This document shows positions 56,052 to 64,000 of a DNA stretch of 64,000 nucleotides, one piece after another. A program made the position numbers and the translations under genes. The notes under the pieces were generated by a model. That model was not told the DNA's origin, made no database searches, and saw nothing but the letters and a program-made list of their open reading frames with translations. How positions within the stretch are numbered: the stretch's first letter is position 1; every line of letters starts with the position of its first letter. The stretch spans positions 62,001-126,000 of the forward strand of contig CBFFRP010000111.1 of assembly GCA_965644295.1 (NCBI GenBank), in the 5' to 3' direction. Origin of the DNA: Paraphysomonas bandaiensis. Lineage: Eukaryota > Protista > Chrysophyceae.

Positions 56052-56381
56052 ATGTCAAACACCCCTTCATCTGATTTCTTTAAAGGTGATCATGTGATGT
56101 ATACTTCTAATACTGGCACCATAGAACTAGCTACTATAATAAACATACATTATGAAGATAATCCTCCATATTATACTATTAAATTTATGAATTCTAATCG
56201 TGAAAAAGTAACAGATGCAAAGAATTTAACCCCCCTATATGATGATGAGGATGTAGCAGATGATACACATCATCCATCTCATCAAACTATATATACTGGA
56301 TATAATATATGTATAGGGGGGGTAGTACTTGTATCAGTATTATCAGTATTTGCTATATGGGTACGTCGTATGTATAAGTAG
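56052..56381 (+). CDS. Small tail-anchored membrane protein with a Tudor/SH3-like barrel
   Basis: FFKGDHVMY...ATIINIHYEDNPPYYTIKF...REKVT plus C-terminal TM IGGVVLVSVLSVFAIWV followed by RRMYK. Confidence 0.65.
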   Translation: MSNTPSSDFFKGDHVMYTSNTGTIELATIINIHYEDNPPYYTIKFMNSNREKVTDAKNLTPLYDDEDVADDTHHPSHQTIYTGYNICIGGVVLVSVLSVFAIWVRRMYK

Positions 56382-56638
56382 TAAGTTGAATGAGTTGATT
56401 ACTATAAGAGTTATAACACACATGTTGTGCATCCGCTAGTTAAAGAGTAGCTGTTAGCTATACACACTGCATGTGATATATAATGTCACCATGCTATTAG
56501 ATGACTAGTGAATGACAAGTTACTTAAATACTGTACAGGCATTATAAATTAAAGTGTAGTACATATCATACTAGTTGAAAGTCAAGTTTATGATTAGGAA
56601 GCACGGTTGAAGTATTACTACTGATATGGAGCATAAAC

Positions 56639-56712
56639 CATCGGTGGGCCATATTAGGTACCTATAGGTACTTCGAACTACCTATAGGTACTTTATCTGA
56701 GGTCAACCGATG
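56639..56712. repeat. 74-bp foldback mini-element
   Basis: Ends catcggtgggcc / rc catcggttgacc; core holds two tacctataggta palindromes around ttcgaa. Confidence 0.7.
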
Positions 56713-57193
56713 ACACTTCGCCAGTACAAATTACTTATCACATCTTCTTTGCAGTATGTAATATAGTGCATGCTGTAGAGTTGGGTAGGGATTGAAGCCA
56801 ACCATGCTACGGAGTGGCATATAGTGTACTGTACTGGCATACATCGCTCATAGCTAGTAGGTGGTATTCAAGCTGAAACACCAAAATGCGTGGAACAAAT
56901 AAGAAAATACCCCACTCCTGGCATATGGAAAAATCCCGTAACGATTAATTAGAATCAGAAAACAATGAATCAATCCTCTGTATATATGTTCCTTCACTAC
57001 ACTGTACATGATACATTCACACGGTAGAACAGTATATCGAGGTAAATAGCATTAGGACTACACAGTCGGGGGTAAGCACACTAGAATGACATACTAAAGC
57101 TAAAACGATCTCCAGTAGAGCCTTCCAAAGTAGACAATCAAATACACTAGCATCTCTGACAACGATAAGGTGTGGAAGACTATATTCTCATGG

Positions 57194-60100
57194 TTATTCA
57201 AGTGCCTTCGACCGCTCCCACATAGCATCGTCACCTCTGAAAGGGCCATTCTTTCCAAGTATACATTGTATATCTGCAAGGGAAAAACTGTCAGAACTAT
57301 GCGACTCATTCATGCATGAACACATACCAAAATCTATGTTCATCTTGTAGGGTGTTAACTGACTGGATCTAACTAAAATCAATAAATTGGCAATGGACCG
57401 TAGCTTCCCGAAGTTTATAAGAAGCAGTCTAGGGTCAGTCGGGGAGTTGCCTGTGATTCCAATTAGAACATGCCGTGGTACAAGAACTTATATATCAGCA
57501 TGTATGCGACCCATTAAATAAAACTAACCTGGTGAATTCGCATAGAGAAAGTGACTCTGGTGTCCGTCCTCCTCATCATTCGTACTACGTATGAAGGTTG
57601 GCACCTCATTTAAGCGAATAAGTCTTGCGAATATCCCATTAATGTAGGGCATACAAGGCTTTCCAGACTCTTTCGGAACCCCGCCAGCGCCCCCGAGCTT
57701 ATCTGACCGCACCGCACCAACTATAGAGCGCTTACTACGCCGACTACACATATGTTGTCGATAGCTCCCGCCCCCACGATTTAGTCCTCGCTGTGTGGAT
57801 TGCACCAACGATGAAATAATGCTCTGTTCGCCCATACTATCTGACGATTCTACAGTTTTCAAATCTTCTAATGACGACGCCTCTTCTTGAGTAGGTTGTT
57901 GCAGCTCAGCAGCACGGCAATCATCACCCAAAGAATCAAGTATCAATTTGTTTGTTATGATGTGTGACTTCGATCTACATCTATAGTTGGACGACTTCGA
58001 TTTACTGCTGTCAACATCTGCACCAATCGAAGATTTTGACTCATCCAAAATAGATGGAGTTAGTAGAGGCGGTCCATCAGAAGGTTCCTGGTCAAGGTCA
58101 AAGTGATGTCTATAAACGGGTACGTGGCCTTCAGAATAGGAACGAACCCTATTAATGCGCCTAGATTGTGTGGCTTGCGTCGCGTCAACAGGCTTCTCAG
58201 TGCTACCATTGTCTAAAACAGAAGAAATCTCAGGCTTCGCTCCGTTATTTGCAAGCGCCTCACTCCCCCGGACCACCACGAATGACCTACTGGTACTGGT
58301 GGCTAGAACACGAGCCCTGGTCTTATCCAGAGTTCTACTACTACCTCTATCTTCTTCCCCACTTGGTGACTCCTTGAAGCGAATAACTCTGAAGGCAAGT
58401 CGAGAACCATCCATGCTGGCAATGACAGAGTTCGAGTCGCGGAGGTCAGTGAAATCTTTTCGGCCTGCATACTTCGAAATGATAGTGGAAGTACCAGAGG
58501 AGCCATCACTACACGTTTCTTGAGAATCCACGCATGAAGTCTCCGTTGGAAACCCAGGAAACGCGTGTGTAGGTGGCATACTCAGAAAAATTTCTTCTCT
58601 AATATCTCCTGTTACACCCTCAGCAGCTTGTCGGCTACAGAAATTTGCAGTAAGTTTTTGTCCTCCAAAGCCCGCCAGATCTTGCAGTATATCCCATCTT
58701 CCAGGAACCCTCGCATGCACAACTGCCCAGGAACTTCGCAGTCGATGCACAGAATGGCTTTGGAGAGCAAATATAACAATCATCATCGCGTGATGGCTTC
58801 TCATTCGGGCCAAAAGCTCTCCAACTCGAATGGCTTGAATGATTACTTCCGCCCTGGTCATAACGTCGTTATGCAAAAGTATTTCATTCACAATCAGCTC
58901 TTGCAAACGCTCACTCTCACTTCGCAGTCGACTCAGCATTGGTGTTAAAGATTTCGATTTCGATCCAAAGCCGTAGTCAATGGTAAACTCCAACATGGGA
59001 ATGCAGCAGAACATGTAGTGAAACTTCATTGTGATATTTTCAGCGATGCTCTTGTCGCTATAGTCCAGGAAAAGTGAGGTGGTGTGCTTTTCGGTAGAAA
59101 CTTTCCCAGCCCCCGCGAAACTACGTCTTCTACTACCACCTGCTCCACTACTGCTTCCACGCATCCAGGAAAACATGCTGGCACGGGTAGGTGTACTAGG
59201 GCTGTGGGGAAGAGAGGGCCGAGATGGAGATGAGGAAAAAGATGAGGACGGCTCAAACCTGCGTTTGTTTCTGCCATCATCCAACTTAAGTGCAGCATCT
59301 ACAGCGCTATGGAGATCTGACGAAGAATTCCGTTCTCTTATTAGTAGCGCTACTCTGTCCAAACCGTCTTGATAAGAATCTTTGTAGGAAAGTATGTGTC
59401 GATCAATAGGCGCAGCAAATAAGCGGACAGGAACATCCACTGCAGACTCTGCCATCACATACATCTGACAACAGCACCAAGTAAGTACAAAGTAAGCGTA
59501 TTACGCCAATAGTGTAGCATGATATATTTCCGTAAGCATCACAGACACACCTGTGCCAACTGCAGCTCTACAGCTGACAGCATTACAGCAGAATCCGTGT
59601 ACTCTCTTAAGAGATTATTCATACTTCGCTCCCTCATGACTTGTAGGCACTAACACAGCATGAGGCAACATCATATCGCAAGGTACCAACAATCAACATA
59701 CCTGCGTCAGGCGTGACATCAATACAACTGATAATGTCGGTACGTTGCTCAGTGCAGCATCGGTCCCCGCATCCTCAGAGTACTTTCTTTCACCGGAGGT
59801 TATTCGCTGTGGCGGTAACGATCGATGTAGTGCTTCGTCTCCATGATGAACCTCAGCTGGCTGATCCGTGCTGGTCAAAGCAGATACGATACTCTCTTTT
59901 TCTTCCACATTCGAAGGACCAGTCGGTAGAGGGATCCGCAACTGGGAGATTTTAGTGCGTAGCTCGATACTAGCAGCAGTCTGAAAATAACCACATCAAA
60001 GCACGTATAACCAGTTTTCTCTTCATCTATACAAACACAACATAGAATCTCGAACAATACAACGACAGTGCATTAATAACTACGCACCATAGCTGATACA

Positions 60101-62150
60101 AGCGCAGTAGATATTGTACAGGTGCATGTGGCATCCCCCAAGGTCACTTTAAGGTAAAACTTATCGTCTTCACTATGCATCATCGAAAGCCGAGCCTCTC
60201 TCGGTAGAGGAGAACTCAGAAACTGGTCGATAAGTCCTGCTTTAGATGGAGATTTCTTCATCCCGTAATATTGCATCGATCCCTGAAGAGATTCCAGGTC
60301 ACCATCGCCTTCAAACTCAAGTATTTCACTCAATGTGGAGTCTCCAAAGCGGTCAAAGAACGACATGCGCAATGAAGCCGTACGGGAGTAAGGGTTGCTG
60401 TCCTCCCGATCTCTATCTTCCCAATCACAAGTGTCCTCACAACATATATTACCTTCAAATGCATCATCTATGTCACATTGCGATTGATTTGCAGCTAAAT
60501 CCTCTTCGCATATCACCTACATGTGAGACAAACCAGGTCAATACCACCATATTCATGATACATACAGCAGCATCCCCACTAAAGTGTCATGTACAAGAAT
60601 ATTATTCAAGAAATCGTACACAACCATCACCTGGAGAACTCTTGCAAGACAAGGAAAATGAGTCCCAAACTGTGACCCGGGAGGAATGACAATGTCGGGT
60701 AGATATTGCTCGTTGTCATCTGACATAGGGGCCTCAACCCTTTCTCCTCTTCGAATTTGAACTCCCAAAAGCGGTAACATAGGACTCCTCGCTACCTCTC
60801 GCATAAATCCCACCAGCTCTCGCATAATCTGCCCATCCTCCTGTCCTGACTCGCTCAATGTGCTTGCGCTCGATGGTGCCACTGATGCACCACCCGGAGA
60901 TGCGGGGCCGTGCAGTTTAACGGCAGCAAGCACGAAGTCTTCAGAGAAATGGACCAGCCAAGTCTCGAGAAATAGAAGCACCGCCAACTTTATCTATAAG
61001 GGTAGACACAATCCGTCAAAATAGTCGATAAATCCTACGGGTGCAAACACCACTATATCTGTACAAAACACGAAGTATCTAACACATTACAATTCCATGA
61101 CAACAATCTATGACATCAAACTACCGATGCGTAAGACTCCAACATCATCTTCTGTTCATCACGCTCTGCTGAAAAAAGCTGTAGCGTCGCCTGAGCAGTA
61201 TCATCCCCGGTGTGCTGTACCACACAATGCAGCGCAACGAATATGTCACACATATTCAGAGATATTCATAACAGTAAAGGGTACCTGGGATAATTCTGAG
61301 GGAGATGACAGCCAATAAAACTGAGGACCAATAACGTGACGACTCTACAAGTGAATAGTTGCAAGTGTCATAATCGCAGTCAGCTGAATGTAAAGCAAAC
61401 CTGTGTCAGACCAGCTCCACCATCGGCTCCAGTCGCCGTGCGTTCTGCCCCTCCAGATGGATACCCACAAGCACATAATGCATTGTTGGAAGTTAGACCA
61501 AGACATAGCGGACATCTTGTGCTCGTATTAGCTGCACACAAGAAATACATTATAATAGCAAACATACTCGCAATAGTTGTTTCACATAAATACTCCTCAT
61601 ATAATACACAATACACACGAACTCATATCATAACAACATTACATTTCTCTTCCTCAATACCAAACGAAGCTGTCTCATATCTAAATTTCTCTGCATACAT
61701 ATCCACTTCTTTAGGTGTTAACATAAATCTTTTCATTAAATATTCTAATATATATTTAGGTCCAATAAACATCCGTAAATGTAATAGAAATGTCCATATT
61801 TGTGATTGGGATGTAGTTTCTAATGATGTTAAACGTCTAAGTATAGCAGGTAATGTACCGCCTTTCATATATCTAATCAAACAAAAAAATATCATCATAA
61901 ATGAATGATTTGAATGTATTCTATATAACCTTTTTGAGATATCGTCATCATCTGATGTGATAATATCCTCGGAGTATGTTTCTATTGTAGAGATCAATTG
62001 TAGCCATGGTTCATACATTGAATCATATTTAGGGGGAGTAGAAATTGATGAGTTCATAAGTCCTTTCATGAGGATGATTGTATAAGCTAATGATGTGGTT
62101 ATGACATTCGGAAGAAGATGATACTGATACTGCTTTGCACCATACCACAA
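57194..62150 (-). CDS. RasGEF (REM + CDC25 domains), multi-exon; 5' end uncertain
   Basis: REM YMKGGTLPAILRRLT...TFLLHLRMFIGP...LLFLETWLVHFSEDF; CDC25 IAENIT...IVNEIL...RAEVI...ALQSHSVHRLRSSW, PCMPYI, LINFGKLR, MWERSKALE*. Confidence 0.82.
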
Positions 62151-62167
62151 CTAAGATAACACACACC

Positions 62168-63036
62168 TGTATGTATGTATGTATGTATGTATGTATGTAT
62201 GTATGTATGTATGTATGTAGGTATGTATGTATGTATGTATGTACGTATGTATGTATGTATGTATGTATGTATGTATGTATGTATGTATGTATGTATGTAT
62301 GTATGTATGTATGTATGTATGTATGTATGTATGTATGTATGTATGTATGTATGTATGTATGTATGTATGTATGTATGTATGTATGTATGTATGTATGTAT
62401 GTATGTATGTATGTATGTATGTATGTATGTATGTATGTATGTATGTATGTATGTATGTATGTATGTATGTATGTATGTATGTATGTATGTATGTATGTAT
62501 GTATGTATGTATGTATGTATGTATGTATGTATGTATGTATGTATGTATGTATGTATGTATGTATGTATGTATGTATGTATGTATGTATGTATGTATGTAT
62601 GTATGTATGTATGTATGTATGTATGTATGTATGTATGTATGTATGTATGTATGTATGTATGTATGTATGTATGTATGTATGTATGTATGTATGTATGTAT
62701 GTATGTATGTATGTATGTATGTATGTATGTATGTATGTATGTATGTATGTATGTATGTATGTATGTATGTATGTATGTATGTATGTATGTATGTATGTAT
62801 GTATGTATGTATGTATGTATGTATGTATGTATGTATGTATGTATGTATGTATGTATGTATGTATGTATGTATGTATGTATGTATGTATGTATGTATGTAT
62901 GTATGTATGTATGTATGCATGTATGTATGTATGTATGTATGTATGTATGCATGTATGTATGTATGTATGTATGTATGTATGTATGTATGTATGTATGTAT
63001 GTATGTATGTATGTATGTATGTATGTATGTATGTAT
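62168..63036 (-). repeat. (TATG)n/(CATA)n microsatellite, ~870 bp
   Basis: Directly visible; nearly perfect. Confidence 0.99.
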
Positions 63037-64000
63037 CTTACTTTTTCTCTGTACTTTGCTATGTATCTCTAATCTTTATTAAAGGAATTCGACTCTATCG
63101 TTACTTTGGCCCAGCACCACGAGTCTATCCTTCGTCATGAGCTCATCAACCTTGTAGGGCTGCTTGAGACACGTTTTCCCATACGACTTATGTTCAATGT
63201 GAATCCCCAACTGACTGCTCAACTTCTTTAATAATTCCTAAGATCAGCACCCTTCTGAGATCTTAACTCTAACTGTAATTGAGGCCCATTTCAAGAGTAG
63301 GTTTATCCTTACAATCACATTGTATTTCTAAACTTCATGCCCCATTCCGAGAGCGTGCCCTAGTAAAGGGCTAGTGTTGAGTGTTGATTAAACTAAAAGC
63401 TAAGCAATGTATATATTTTTATTAAAATCCCGGCGTACTTTTTTGTGTGTGGTGACAAGCAAGCTCCAGCTAGATCTACTCTATACTTGTATAGTTCATA
63501 GTCTCTGCGCGATTACGAGAAACCTCGAGCATTCTAGGGGAGGAGAGGGCTCGTCAGCCAATGTCACGCTAGGTCTATACTGACTCATGCATAATCACGT
63601 GAAGCTTTGTTAGAGAATGGGAAGGTAAACATGACCTTGCTAGCTTGCTATAATCTATTCGAATTACATACATATGCCTGTTTTGCATAGCTATGAGAAA
63701 TCCAGAGTATCTGTGTTGTCAGCCTCTCTGATGCGAGAATAACGGGCAAGCACTCAATGCAGATAATTATTGTACTATGCATATAAGCTGTCTTCATCAC
63801 ACGTTCCTATTATGGCAAACTTACAGTACGGCTGCTAAACGTATCTCTACATATCTACTTGTACATGATACCAAAAATCAGCATAAGAATTGGGATGCAG
63901 TAATTAATGCAGTATTTACTCTTTTTCGTGAACAGAAGAGTGTACTAATTCTTAATCCATGTTCCAATAACAAATCTAACTATTTTGCTTGTCCACAATA

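Noticed and set aside
55404-56097. Long YIHT/MYVC ORFs (also 62029-63140)
   Set aside because: Translation of stop-free (CATA)n microsatellites.
63100-64000. Possible transposase remnant or upstream RasGEF exon
   Set aside because: Stops in the frames examined and no motif I can defend.

Overview
Eukaryotic nuclear DNA with short GT-AG introns, two tRNA genes and axonemal genes (CFAP70, KATNAL2). The protein families point to a flagellated stramenopile, possibly a chrysophyte-like ochrophyte (inference). I can support 16 protein-coding genes, and they alternate strand perfectly (+,-,+,-...). Divergent spacers carry CATA/TATG microsatellites oriented with the adjacent gene, while convergent spacers collect decayed repeats, including a hAT-like element with an 8-bp TSD nested in another repeat. 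The most notable locus is 36718-39872 (+): signal peptide, a PstS-type phosphate-binding domain with intact ligand motifs, a second degenerate PstS-like domain, and a class C (GABA-B-like, 7tm_3) 7TM domain, i.e. a candidate phosphate-sensing GPCR. Also present: a giant REJ/polycystin-like surface protein, a stand-alone OvoA-type methyltransferase, DONSON, a BAZ/MBD9-like chromatin reader, P5CR and a RasGEF. All family calls come from recognising motifs by eye; no database searches were run.
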